DNA of 64,000 nt from a virus (Duplodnaviria; Caudoviricetes), in IMG/VR virus record IMGVR_UViG_2827986130_000001, positions 3,239 to 67,238 of that record. One strand, given 5' to 3'. Below the pieces are notes generated by a model, which was given only the letters and a program-made list of their open reading frames with translations, ran no database searches and was not told the DNA's origin. Made by a program: the position numbers and the translations under genes. This document shows, piece by piece, positions 1 to 8,995 of the stretch; within the stretch, counting starts at the first letter, position 1, and every line of letters begins with the position of its first letter.

Positions 1-638
1 TGATCGATGTTGCGGAGATCGACGGCGAACGTGGTGACGGTCACCCATGGATTGGTGGCCCAGCCGTAGCCGCGTTCGGCGTTGAGGCTGTCCCAAAGCC
101 CCTCGAAAATACTCCGCGCCGGGCCGATGCGGTTCGGGTTGAGGTTTGCGTCATCCGCGACGCAGCCCTCCGCTATCGCGTCGGCCTCGCTGATCTCCTG
201 CAGGCGTTCCACCCGCACATCGATGTCAGTCAGGGTGATCCTCGACGCCCAGCGCGGCATATGCATGCCTCGGCGCGGCCGTCCCACAGTCTTGTTGTGC
301 TTCCACGCAGCGTCCGCCTCGAAGAGAACAGTCTCCTCGCCTCCCATCTCGGATGGTGCCAGATCGTCATAAGCTCGGCTTTCGGTGCGCCAGGCCTCGC
401 GGACCCACAACCGATCGATGCCGACATGGGAGGGCATCGTCCCCTTCCCGCAGGCACCGCGGTTCTCCTTCGCCCATTCAAAGGTCTGCCAGCCCATGAA
501 CCCGGTCCAGACCTCGACACCATCTGGGCCGTTCCTGAACGCGGTCTGATCTCCGACACGCCGGGTCATCGTTTTCAGGTCGTTGAGCAGCGCGCGGACC
601 ATCGAAGGCGAGAAGAGGATGGGGAGATCGCGTTTCAT
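1..638 (-). CDS. Phage ASCH/PUA-like protein, 3' end runs off window
   Basis: Not in ORF track (no stop). Reads MKRDLPILFSPSMVRALLNDLKTMTRRV...MPRWASRITL...RVERLQEISEADAIAEG...GWATNPWV, a common phage family. Confidence 0.75.
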   Translation of the reverse strand, partial: MKRDLPILFSPSMVRALLNDLKTMTRRVGDQTAFRNGPDGVEVWTGFMGWQTFEWAKENRGACGKGTMPSHVGIDRLWVREAWRTESRAYDDLAPSEMGGEETVLFEADAAWKHNKTVGRPRRGMHMPRWASRITLTDIDVRVERLQEISEADAIAEGCVADDANLNPNRIGPARSIFEGLWDSLNAERGYGWATNPWVTVTTFAVDLRNID

Positions 639-1663
639 CACGCGGCCTCCGGCATGGCGTTATGCTCGACACCATCGAGCAACCGGCCAGCGGCCTTCTT
701 CCCGACATTGTAGACCTGGGTCTGATCCCCTCCCCAGCAGCCGTCGGCATCGCGCTCCGCCCAGGCGCCTCGCGATTCACCGGGCAATATGATGGTCTCA
801 GGTGACTGGTCCTCGGTGACCCATTGGCCCCACTGTTTGAAGAAGAAGGCCGTGTCGGCGGCGGCGCACTGGTCGCGCAGCGAGCGAACCCATTCGGGAT
901 GCATCGGGCGCGCGCCTCGGCCGCTCTCGCCGCCCACAATCACCCAGTCGAGCATTGCCGTTCGATACCAGTCGTCACGACCTTCTTCGTCGGCATGGAC
1001 ACCCAATCCCCGAAGAGCATCAAGATCGCCGCGCTCGGTGGTCAACAGAGTGTCGATCGGCCCCAGCAGCGGCTCGGCCGAGACGAAACGCACCGCAGCT
1101 GGCGTCGCCAGAAGGTCCGGAATGCGTTCGTCGGCGCGTGCCTGGTCTTCGGTCGAGACGCCCAGCCAGACATTAGGCGGCGGGACGAGCATGCTCTCGA
1201 ACTTTGGCATCGGCGATGGAATCGCCTTCGCCATGCGACGGATCGTGTCTCTGATGGTCTCTCGATCCAATGCCGTCACATAGCTACGCATCCGCGTGCT
1301 GCGCTTTGTCAGGACCTGGAAGGTGTGTTGCGGTGCCAGCGCCATGACGGCGAAGACGCAGTCGATCCATTCGTCGGGCACGTTCTCGGCGAAGAGATCG
1401 CCATGGGCGCAGACGAAGATCCTGCGCGGCGCTTTCCAGCGCAATGGCTGATCTAGCCATTGCTCGTTGAAGCGCACGTGGCCGTTCCAGACCGGACCGG
1501 CCTTGCTGTCGAGTGTCAGGCCGACGCGGCTCGGCAGATGCTTCAGCCGCGTGCCGGCGAGCTTCATGGCGTAACAGTTCGTGCAGCCCGGCGAGACGAC
1601 GGAACAGCCGGTGATCGGGTTCCAGGTGGCGTCGGTCCATTCGATCAGGGAATGGTCAGCCAT
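638..1663 (-). CDS. DUF5131 / phage Gp37Gp68 family protein (three-Cys, radical-SAM-like)
   Basis: IEWTDATWNPITGCSVVSPGCTNCYA, HTFQVLTKR, FVSAEPLLG, DWVIVGGESG, FFKQWG motifs; start trimmed to ATG 1663. Confidence 0.9.
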   Translation of the reverse strand: MADHSLIEWTDATWNPITGCSVVSPGCTNCYAMKLAGTRLKHLPSRVGLTLDSKAGPVWNGHVRFNEQWLDQPLRWKAPRRIFVCAHGDLFAENVPDEWIDCVFAVMALAPQHTFQVLTKRSTRMRSYVTALDRETIRDTIRRMAKAIPSPMPKFESMLVPPPNVWLGVSTEDQARADERIPDLLATPAAVRFVSAEPLLGPIDTLLTTERGDLDALRGLGVHADEEGRDDWYRTAMLDWVIVGGESGRGARPMHPEWVRSLRDQCAAADTAFFFKQWGQWVTEDQSPETIILPGESRGAWAERDADGCWGGDQTQVYNVGKKAAGRLLDGVEHNAMPEAA

Positions 1664-1928
1664 GGTTGTCACCTCGGCGCGCCGACAGGGCCGCCGCAGC
1701 GGCATCTAGCGCTGCGTTCGCGCATTTCTGGCAGAGATCAGCGAAATCGAGACGTTCCTGGCCGCCATAACTGTCGGTCGACCGACCGCCTTCCATCCTG
1801 GCGGAGCCGAAGCTCTTGGGCCTCGCGATTGTGCGCGAGCCACCTGAGCCAAAGACGATCTTATCTTCGGTATGACCGCAATTGTCGCAGCGGATCTTCG
1901 GGGTGATGTCGACGTCAGCCACGGTCAC
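1656..1928 (-). CDS. Hypothetical Zn-finger-like protein
   Basis: CDNC...CQKC pairs; GTG start overlaps upstream stop. Confidence 0.65.
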   Translation of the reverse strand: MTVADVDITPKIRCDNCGHTEDKIVFGSGGSRTIARPKSFGSARMEGGRSTDSYGGQERLDFADLCQKCANAALDAAAAALSARRGDNHG

Positions 1929-2134
1929 CCCCTTGCGCGCCAGGCGGCGAGAGCGGCACGGCCTGCGTCGGTGATGTTGTGGCGGAGATCGATGTACCCA
2001 CGGCGGCGTAGCCCCCATATGGTGCCCGAGAAACCGCCCGACGCGGACCTGCCGCCAGGAAAGCCGTCGTGTGCATCGCGGCCAGCACTCAAGTTTTCGA
2101 GAACCGCGATCATTGAGGGTGTCAGCTTCGCCAT
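1925..2134 (-). CDS. Hypothetical small winged-helix-like protein
   Basis: Coupled ORF; LRRRGYI...ITDAGRAAL pattern. Confidence 0.6.
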   Translation of the reverse strand: MAKLTPSMIAVLENLSAGRDAHDGFPGGRSASGGFSGTIWGLRRRGYIDLRHNITDAGRAALAAWRARG

Positions 2135-2650
2135 CTAGGCCCCCACCACAACCGGGGATGAGCGAAGCTCGGCCCGAAGTTCCATCCAGAGTTTGCCGAG
2201 CATGTTTTTGCCGTCGCGGTTCGGCCCCCAGCCCCAGAAGTCATCGCGCCACGAGTTTTCGACCAGTTCGCGATCGTCCGTCGCGAGTAGTTTGCGCCGG
2301 ACGTATTCATGCTGGCTTGCCTTGAGACGCAAAATTTCCCGCATCTCGTCGACCTTCAGGTCGTCCCAATGCTCGACCTGATGGGATTTGTTTGTCTGCG
2401 CGAGCTTGAAAGCCTCATGCGCTGAGGTCGAGCGTATGATTTGGTCACAGATTCGATCACAAATGGGACCCCCGGCGAGGAAAAACCGTCGCCAGTGGTA
2501 CAAATGCTCGCTCGTGTCGAATGTGTAAGGCCCCCAACGTACTTTGAACGCCGAGAAGTTCGACAGGACATAGAAATCCTGCTCGTAGAAACAGACACGC
2601 TCGGGCGTATCGAGGCCGTGGCACTCCATAGGTTGGTCAGTGATCAGCAT
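2135..2650 (-). CDS. NADAR (YbiA/DUF1768) family hydrolase, copy 1
   Basis: FY..LSNF, TSEHLYH, KASQH..RRKLLAT..ELVE.S.RDDFWG.G..DGKNMLGKLWMELR. Confidence 0.9.
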   Translation of the reverse strand: MLITDQPMECHGLDTPERVCFYEQDFYVLSNFSAFKVRWGPYTFDTSEHLYHWRRFFLAGGPICDRICDQIIRSTSAHEAFKLAQTNKSHQVEHWDDLKVDEMREILRLKASQHEYVRRKLLATDDRELVENSWRDDFWGWGPNRDGKNMLGKLWMELRAELRSSPVVVGA

Positions 2651-2892
2651 TTCGTGGTTCCTTCAACCATGGCCGCAACGCACGCGTTCCAGCCGTCGGC
2701 CCAATGCTTTTTCCACGACGCCGAAAACCGCTCTGCTGGCCTCAGCTCGGGGATCACGGCCGCCGGCCGGGCCGCCTCGGCGCGCCTCAGCCGCTCCAGC
2801 ACGCGCTCCATGACGAAGCGGTCGAACGAGTAATGGACGTGGGTGGCAAGCCGACGCTCGACCTCGTCGAGGTCAGCATCCGTCGCCGGCAT
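2644..2892 (-). CDS. Hypothetical protein
   Basis: Coupled ORF (TGATG overlap); GWNAC motif common in phage early genes. Confidence 0.6.
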   Translation of the reverse strand: MPATDADLDEVERRLATHVHYSFDRFVMERVLERLRRAEAARPAAVIPELRPAERFSASWKKHWADGWNACVAAMVEGTTKC

Positions 2893-3314
2893 CACGCCTT
2901 CACGAGCGAGCATGAGATCCCCCTCCTCTTCAATGCGTTCAGAATGGTGCTGTGGTCGCGGTTGCCGAACAGCCGTCCCAATTGCTGAAGGCCCATGGCC
3001 GGATAGGCGAGCTTGACCGCTGCGATGGCATCGAACCTGGCCTCGATGAGGTATCGCGACCTCGCCTGTGACTTGATGTCGGCGACGGACACGCTGTGCC
3101 AGGCCGCGACGCGCTCGATTAGCTCCCGCGCCGGTGCCTTGTACGGTCGCGGGATCCTAGCGAGGGTCTGGTAGAGCTCGTAGTCGAGTGCCGCTGTTCG
3201 CGCCGCCTTGGCCTGGGCATCGCGTCGCAACTGCTCGATGGCATCGGCAACCCACTTGGCGGCTTCATGATGCCGGATCTTGGAGGCGTCGTGAAAGGAA
3301 CCGTGCAGCATCAC
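2892..3314 (-). CDS. Stand-alone DnaA C-terminal (domain IV) HTH protein
   Basis: VSVADIKSQARSRYLIEARF...LQQLGRLFGNRDHSTILNALKR resembles DnaA signature FGGRDHTTVLHA. Confidence 0.85.
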   Translation of the reverse strand: MMLHGSFHDASKIRHHEAAKWVADAIEQLRRDAQAKAARTAALDYELYQTLARIPRPYKAPARELIERVAAWHSVSVADIKSQARSRYLIEARFDAIAAVKLAYPAMGLQQLGRLFGNRDHSTILNALKRRGISCSLVKA

Positions 3315-3463
3315 GATTCTCCCGGCGCGCGGTGGCGGCCCATCTGCATCTTGAGACTATCGTTGACCCAACCAAGGCGTTCGAATGCCCAGCTGTCGGG
3401 AGGCAGCAGCCGCATCGCGGCGAGGACGCAGAATCGTGCCAGGGCTAGTTTGGTGTAAGGCAT
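3311..3463 (-). CDS. Hypothetical protein
   Basis: Short coupled ORF MPYTKLALARF filling the operon gap. Confidence 0.5.
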   Translation of the reverse strand: MPYTKLALARFCVLAAMRLLPPDSWAFERLGWVNDSLKMQMGRHRAPGES

Positions 3464-4590
3464 CACATCACCACCGTGATTTTCTCGGCCGCACGCGTCA
3501 GGCCGGTGTAGAGCCAGCGGGCGCGGTCGGATTGAAAGGAGGCGCTCTCGTCGAACAGGCAGACGGTCTCCCACTGGGAGCCTTGGGCCTTATGCACGGT
3601 GAGCGCGTAGCCGTAATCGAACTGCTGGGTGCCGTTGAGTTCCTTCCATGGGATCTCGTTGCCGGCGCCCTCGAAGAACTCTTTCCGCACCTTGATCGCG
3701 ACGGGCGTCGATTTCTCGAAGTCGAGCGATGACACATGCATGCGGACGCAATGATCGTTGAGATGGCCTTTCCGGCGCTTCAGCAGTTCCTCGACCTTCC
3801 AGAGGCCGCCGTTGAACAGGCCCTTCTCGCGATCGTTCTTCAGACAGACCAGCTGATCGCCGACCTCCGGCATCGGGCCGGTCCGATCGTGGAGCACCCG
3901 CATCCTGAAATTGTAGGCGGATCTCGTCTTGTTCAGCCCGACAAGCACCTGGTCGGCCTTCATGACATCGTCCTGGGTGAGATCGGCCCTGCAGATCACG
4001 CGGCTGACACCAAAGATCCCGTACCGGAGCCGGCCACCTTCGCGGATCGTGGTTGCCATCTGAACGATCGGGTTCTCGGCGGCCTGCCGGTGGATCTCGG
4101 TCAGCATCACATCGGGATCGGCCTCGGTGAAGAAACCGCCACCCTTGACCGGCGGCAGCTGTGCCGGATCCCCGAGAACCAGAATGGGGACACCAAACGA
4201 TAGTAGATCCTTGCCGATCTCCTCGTCGACCATGGAGCACTCGTCGATGACAAACAGCGCGGCATCACCGAGATCGTCGACATCCTTCAAGACGAATTTC
4301 TTGACGCCAGTCTCCGGGTTGAAGTCGACGTTGTAGATCGTGGCATGGATCGTCATGGCACCACGGCAGCCGTTCTTGCGCATGACCATCGCGGCCTTGC
4401 CGGTGTAGGCGGCGTAATGGACCGCACCCTTGAGGCCGTCGGCGAAGTGGCGCGCAAGCGTCGTCTTGCCGGTGCCGGCATAACCGAAGACACGGAAAAC
4501 CTGCTTGCGATCGAGGCCGCTCCCGTACCAGCGCGCTACCGCATCAAGCGCGGCGGCCTGCTGGGGCGACCAGTTCCGGAGATCAGCCAT
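3463..4590 (-). CDS. RecD/Dda-like SF1 ATP-dependent DNA helicase
   Basis: GYAGTGKTT, IDECSM, GDPAQLPPV, LTEIHRQ, YALTVHKAQGS, LYTGLTRA. Confidence 0.92.
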   Translation of the reverse strand: MADLRNWSPQQAAALDAVARWYGSGLDRKQVFRVFGYAGTGKTTLARHFADGLKGAVHYAAYTGKAAMVMRKNGCRGAMTIHATIYNVDFNPETGVKKFVLKDVDDLGDAALFVIDECSMVDEEIGKDLLSFGVPILVLGDPAQLPPVKGGGFFTEADPDVMLTEIHRQAAENPIVQMATTIREGGRLRYGIFGVSRVICRADLTQDDVMKADQVLVGLNKTRSAYNFRMRVLHDRTGPMPEVGDQLVCLKNDREKGLFNGGLWKVEELLKRRKGHLNDHCVRMHVSSLDFEKSTPVAIKVRKEFFEGAGNEIPWKELNGTQQFDYGYALTVHKAQGSQWETVCLFDESASFQSDRARWLYTGLTRAAEKITVVM

Positions 4591-4804
4591 TGGCCCGGGC
4601 CTCCCCAGCCGCTGGGCGGCGTGGCCGCACCAGGTAGCCGATGCCAGCCCCGGACAGGATCCGATGTCCCTTGCGCCGCAAGCGCGCCACGCATCGGTAG
4701 ATTGTCCGCTCGCAGACGCCGACACGGTTGGCGAGTTCTGACGCTGTCACCACTTCGTCGCCCATGGCGGCGAGCACTCGGTCGAGGTCGGCTGGTGTGT
4801 TCAT
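4583..4804 (-). CDS. HTH_11-type DNA-binding protein (HTH only)
   Basis: TASELANRVGVCERTIYRCVARLR...GAGIGY. Confidence 0.75.
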   Translation of the reverse strand: MNTPADLDRVLAAMGDEVVTASELANRVGVCERTIYRCVARLRRKGHRILSGAGIGYLVRPRRPAAGEARANG

Positions 4805-5184
4805 CACCACGGCCTCTCGATATCGTCCAGCGCCGAGACGTCCTCGGACGCGTCGCCATCGTAACGATCCGGCGGAGCCAGATATCGCGATGCCGAGGCG
4901 TACGGCCTGTTCACCCGCATCACGCTTCCCTCATCGGTCAGCGTGAGCGAGAAAATCGAGGAGCCTCCGTACCAATGCGACGTCCAGCGCTCGACGGCGA
5001 ACTCGATAGGCTTTCCGGCTTCTGCGGCCTCAGGGGCGACGAGCGTCGGGACGTCGATGCGCAGCATCTTGGCACCGAACTTTTCTTCTTCGCGGATCCG
5101 GCCGGCGTGCCGCCGATGGCCAAAGATCTCGACGATTGCCCATTCGAAGTCGTCTTCGGCTATGGGTTCTATGGTCTCGGACAT
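4804..5184 (-). CDS. Conserved phage hypothetical protein
   Basis: WAIVEIFGHRRHAGRIREEEKFGAKMLRIDVP motif; coupled ORF. Confidence 0.7.
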   Translation of the reverse strand: MSETIEPIAEDDFEWAIVEIFGHRRHAGRIREEEKFGAKMLRIDVPTLVAPEAAEAGKPIEFAVERWTSHWYGGSSIFSLTLTDEGSVMRVNRPYASASRYLAPPDRYDGDASEDVSALDDIERPW

Positions 5185-5591
5185 TAGGATTGACCCTCTC
5201 GCTGAGAACCGTCGAGGACGACGATCCGATCCGGGTGGGCCTTCTCGGCGAGCTCGGACATTGGATCGATGCGCTCGTGTTCCGCGATGTTGAACCGCGG
5301 TATCGCGATGGACTCGCCGTATCTGGCCTTCCACTTCGCCGACCACGCTGCATAGTTTTCCGCGTTGACCTGATCGGCCTCGGCAACTGCCTCCGCGAGG
5401 TGCGGATGCATGCCCAAGATGACGGGTTCGGCTTCCCTGCCAACACGGGGTAGCTGATGGGTGTACAGGCTTTCGCCGGTCATCCAGTTCAGCACCTCGT
5501 AGATGCCGCCGATATCGCAGAGCAGCCGGCCGGTTAAGACCGACAGCACGGCCTCGGTGGTGAAGTCCTTTGTCAGAGCGGTATCAGACAT
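5184..5591 (-). CDS. Conserved phage hypothetical protein
   Basis: LSVLTGRLLCDIGGIYEVLNWMTGESLYTHQLPR motif; coupled ORF. Confidence 0.7.
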   Translation of the reverse strand: MSDTALTKDFTTEAVLSVLTGRLLCDIGGIYEVLNWMTGESLYTHQLPRVGREAEPVILGMHPHLAEAVAEADQVNAENYAAWSAKWKARYGESIAIPRFNIAEHERIDPMSELAEKAHPDRIVVLDGSQREGQS

Positions 5592-6000
5592 TGGTTTTGC
5601 TCCATTTGTTGAAGGCAACGATCGCGTTGCCGAGCGCCTCGTCGATCGTGGCGCCGGTGAACCTCTGGGTGTCCCAGCCCGTCCAGTCGCCGACGCATTC
5701 CACAAATGCGCCGGGCTGCCCGTTGAAATCGGGATTGTCATTGACGATGACGACGCTGTGGCCCTCGGCGGCTCTGAGCTGCTCGACGATCCGCCAGTTG
5801 CGGGCTTCCTGCAGATACCGGTTGTTGGCCTCGATCAGATCGGTGACGCGCTTGTTGTGGGCGGTGAACACCGGCTGCATGGCGCGCAGCGCCGCCGCGG
5901 CGACGGCATCTGATGACCCCGAGAAATGATGGTACCTCGTCAGGGCGAGCTGGAACTCTTCGTCGTCGCGGATCAGGTAGGGAGTAATGACAGACATCAA
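5584..6000 (-). CDS. Hypothetical protein
   Basis: Coupled ORF with protein-like composition. Confidence 0.6.
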   Translation of the reverse strand: MMSVITPYLIRDDEEFQLALTRYHHFSGSSDAVAAAALRAMQPVFTAHNKRVTDLIEANNRYLQEARNWRIVEQLRAAEGHSVVIVNDNPDFNGQPGAFVECVGDWTGWDTQRFTGATIDEALGNAIVAFNKWSKTNV

Positions 6001-6242
6001 CGCCCCCCGCGCTGTTCGTTGCGCTTGATCAAGCGCGAGATCGGGGCGTCGAGTTTGCCGAGGTCCATGCCTTCGCGGACGATCTTGATGATGTCTGCCT
6101 CGGTCAGGGTGCGACGTTGACGACGGGTCTGGAGGAAGACACCCAACAACCCCATGATCACGATGAAGACGACCAGCATGATGATCAGCGTGCCGAGGAA
6201 CGACCAGAACGACGACAACGCGACTTCAAGGAAACGGCCCAT
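5997..6242 (-). CDS. Small membrane protein
   Basis: One long hydrophobic segment followed by a basic cluster. Confidence 0.65.
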   Translation of the reverse strand: MGRFLEVALSSFWSFLGTLIIMLVVFIVIMGLLGVFLQTRRQRRTLTEADIIKIVREGMDLGKLDAPISRLIKRNEQRGGR

Positions 6243-7048
6243 CAGAAGCGCTCCATTTCTTTGCGCCAGGCATCGGGATCGTGCCCGCCCGAGGCATAGA
6301 CATCTGTTCGGGGAAAAGGTGTTGACGTCGACACCGCTGCGGCTGCGCGCTTGCTGACCTCGAGGCGCGCGGTGTGAACCGTGTCTTCCTTGGTCGGATC
6401 GTCGGCCATCTTCGATTTGTTGAGGATCCAGTCGAGGTAACTGTCCGGGACGTCGGCCCAGCGCTTTCCGAAGTGTTCTCCAAACCCGACCTTGATCAGG
6501 GTGACCGGCTTTCCCGTCATCTCGATCAGCGTTTCGGGCTGATAGATTTTCAGGAGGTCGAGCAGGATGTGCGCGGTCACCCAGGTATCCGGGCCGGCAC
6601 GATGCGACGGCTGGGTGCGGTCGTCACCGAGGCAGAGGCCCCGCTCGTACCGGATCGAGCCGTTGCCGTGCGACTGCATCTCGGGCCATGCCGTCCGTGC
6701 CGCCTTGAATGTGCAGATCCATGGCCGGTCGGTACCGATGAAGCGGCTATCGAAGGCAGAGTTGTGGGCGCAAAGGATGTCGGCGCCGGCGCGGACGTTC
6801 TGCTTGGCCTGCGCAGGCGAGATCCCGGCCGCGGCTTGTTCATCGGTGATGTGATGAACGGCCATCGCCGGAAACGAGATCGCCATACCCGGGTTGACGA
6901 GGGCGCTTTCGGGACCGCGTTCGATCTCCCAGCCGGTCGGATACAACCGGACATCGGTCCAACCGACCTCGACCATCTCGCAGGGGTCGTCGATGCCGGT
7001 GCTTTCGACGTCGACGACGCGGATCAGGGTGAAGGTCTCAGCCATCAA
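6242..7048 (-). CDS. DEDDh 3'-5' exonuclease, ExoX-like, with DUF3820-like C-terminus
   Basis: VDVESTG, AHNSAFD, WICT, HRAGPD; GFGEHFGKRWADVPDSYLDW. Confidence 0.85.
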   Translation of the reverse strand: MMAETFTLIRVVDVESTGIDDPCEMVEVGWTDVRLYPTGWEIERGPESALVNPGMAISFPAMAVHHITDEQAAAGISPAQAKQNVRAGADILCAHNSAFDSRFIGTDRPWICTFKAARTAWPEMQSHGNGSIRYERGLCLGDDRTQPSHRAGPDTWVTAHILLDLLKIYQPETLIEMTGKPVTLIKVGFGEHFGKRWADVPDSYLDWILNKSKMADDPTKEDTVHTARLEVSKRAAAAVSTSTPFPRTDVYASGGHDPDAWRKEMERF

Positions 7049-7413
7049 GCCCTCCCCTGTGGCTCAGTGGAGATGCCGTCGACCGGTTTTCCCAACCGCT
7101 CCCACTCACGATTCATGACCACGCACTGACGCGCGAGGCGGCCTGCTGTCATCTTTAAATGCCGCTGGCCGGCGTCGACGGGCTCTAGCTCCTGACACCA
7201 CTGAAGGAGGCTTTCAGGATCCCAAGTGTTCGATGCATTGCTGTCAGCGAACTTGAAGAAGACGCGGTAGCCGCGAGCTCGATCGAAGGTGTGGCCGTAG
7301 TCGATGACGCGCCCGTTCTGGCCATCGAAGTGCAGACCGTCCGGTGCGCGATAGAACGGAGTAGATCCGGGCGGAGCATCACCAATCCGCAGCATATCGA
7401 TACCGTCAGCCAT
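7045..7413 (-). CDS. Hypothetical protein
   Basis: Coupled ORF, start MADGIDML. Confidence 0.6.
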   Translation of the reverse strand: MADGIDMLRIGDAPPGSTPFYRAPDGLHFDGQNGRVIDYGHTFDRARGYRVFFKFADSNASNTWDPESLLQWCQELEPVDAGQRHLKMTAGRLARQCVVMNREWERLGKPVDGISTEPQGRA

Positions 7414-7612
7414 TGGACTTGGCCTCCGGATCCTGAAGCCTATCCATTGCGGTCTCAAACCGGCTGAGCCAGTCGTCGAGAAACCGCTGGTGGCGTTCCA
7501 ATGCGTTGTCGATAGACGAAGCGGCGCCGCGCATCTCGCTGGCCGCAGACATCATGGTGTTGGCAGCACTGCGGACTTCCTCCGCACCCATCAAGGTTAC
7601 GTAGTTGGCCAT
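7406..7612 (-). CDS. Hypothetical coiled-coil protein
   Basis: MANYVTLMGAEEVRSAANTM, preceded by GAGGGGAGG RBS. Confidence 0.65.
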   Translation of the reverse strand: MANYVTLMGAEEVRSAANTMMSAASEMRGAASSIDNALERHQRFLDDWLSRFETAMDRLQDPEAKSNG

Positions 7613-7613
7613 T

Positions 7614-7850
7614 TCAGACCTCCCCTCGGATCGTAGGATTGGCGGGGTCGAGCCGCTGCTGAATGGCCACCACGGCCAGGGCGAGGTCGTCATCGGAAAG
7701 AACGAAATCCTTCCGACCGTCTGGCGTGTCGGGGTGCCGGACCAATACCGTGATCTTGGCACCGGGCTTAAAGCACCTAAGGATCGCGTCCATATGGTCG
7801 GCGACGATCTCAGCGACACCCTGGATTACGGGTGAAGGTTGGTCAGCCAT
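7614..7850 (-). CDS. Hypothetical protein
   Basis: Coupled ORF with GAGGTG RBS. Confidence 0.6.
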   Translation of the reverse strand: MADQPSPVIQGVAEIVADHMDAILRCFKPGAKITVLVRHPDTPDGRKDFVLSDDDLALAVVAIQQRLDPANPTIRGEV

Positions 7851-8559
7851 TGACCACCTCGCGTGCTCTGATCTCGGCCCGGATTTCCATCCAGAGCTTG
7901 CCGAGAGCATTCTTACCGTCGCGGTTCGGCCCCCAGCCCCAGAAATCGTCGCGCCACGAATCCTCGATCAGTTCTCGATCGCCGGTGGCAAGGAGCTTGC
8001 GGCGGACATATTCGTGCTGGTCGGCCTTGGCGCGAAGGATCTCGCGCATGACATCGACCTTCACGTCGTCCCAATCGGGGCGACGTAGACGTTTGTGCTC
8101 CTGGCCGATCTTGAACGCGACGTGAGCCGATGGTGCGCAGCGGATGCTATCGAGCACCGCATCTTCGAATGGCGTTGGATCGGGATTGTTGAACTTCTCC
8201 CAATGGTAAACCGCCTCCGACGTATCGAAGCGCAAGCCCTTCCACATGATGGCGAAAGCCGAGAAGTTCGACAGGACATAGAAATCCTGCTCGTAGAAAA
8301 ACACACGCTCTGGAGTGTCCAGCTTATGGCAATCTCCAGCGCCGGCCGGCCTGGCAACCTCGAACTTCATGCCGGCGTCGAGCACGACGCACTTATGGCC
8401 AGCGAAGATGCTTCCAACCTGCTGCCTGATTATGTTCATCGCTTGCGCGGGCAACTGGCGCGGCGACGTGACGACGATGACGTCACCCGGCTCGAGGCGG
8501 ACATGGCCGATGTCGCCGATAATGTTGAACTGCTTGGAATCGATATGGAAGTCAGCCAC
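7843..8559 (-). CDS. NADAR family hydrolase, copy 2, with ~70 aa N-terminal extension
   Basis: FFYEQDFYVLSNFS, TSEAVYH, KADQH...LLATGDRELIEDSWRDDFWGWG...GKNALGKLWMEIR. Confidence 0.9.
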   Translation of the reverse strand: MADFHIDSKQFNIIGDIGHVRLEPGDVIVVTSPRQLPAQAMNIIRQQVGSIFAGHKCVVLDAGMKFEVARPAGAGDCHKLDTPERVFFYEQDFYVLSNFSAFAIMWKGLRFDTSEAVYHWEKFNNPDPTPFEDAVLDSIRCAPSAHVAFKIGQEHKRLRRPDWDDVKVDVMREILRAKADQHEYVRRKLLATGDRELIEDSWRDDFWGWGPNRDGKNALGKLWMEIRAEIRAREVVNG

Positions 8560-8995
8560 GGCCTTGCTCCTGCATAGCGCGAAGGAAGCTGTCGCGTGCG
8601 CCGGACTCGATCCGTTTCATCATGCCGTCGAAGTCCGGTCGCGCCGCCATAGCGGCGGAGGCACCGAGCACCATCGAAAGCGCGATGAAGCAAGCGGCTG
8701 TGTTCTTGCCCTGGAGTACCGCCCCCAGCTCGTTGGCAACATCGACGGCCTGGGCGCCGATGTCGGACGCGTCTAGGCTCGCCCTGGCAATCGGCGTCGA
8801 AGCCACATTGATGAGCTCAATGAGAAGGGCAGTGATCTCGAAGACCGTGCTGTCGTCGCGTTGGTGGTTCGGGTCGATGACGCAGATTTCACTGCCGTCG
8901 GCATCCGCGATCGTGGCGCTGTCGTCGACATGCGTCTGGACCGGCAGTCGAATGCCAAGCTCGGCTAGCCGCGTTATGATTGCTGAGAGTCTCAC
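8552..8995 (-). CDS. Hypothetical protein
   Basis: Coupled ORF. Confidence 0.6.
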   Translation of the reverse strand: MRLSAIITRLAELGIRLPVQTHVDDSATIADADGSEICVIDPNHQRDDSTVFEITALLIELINVASTPIARASLDASDIGAQAVDVANELGAVLQGKNTAACFIALSMVLGASAAMAARPDFDGMMKRIESGARDSFLRAMQEQGRG

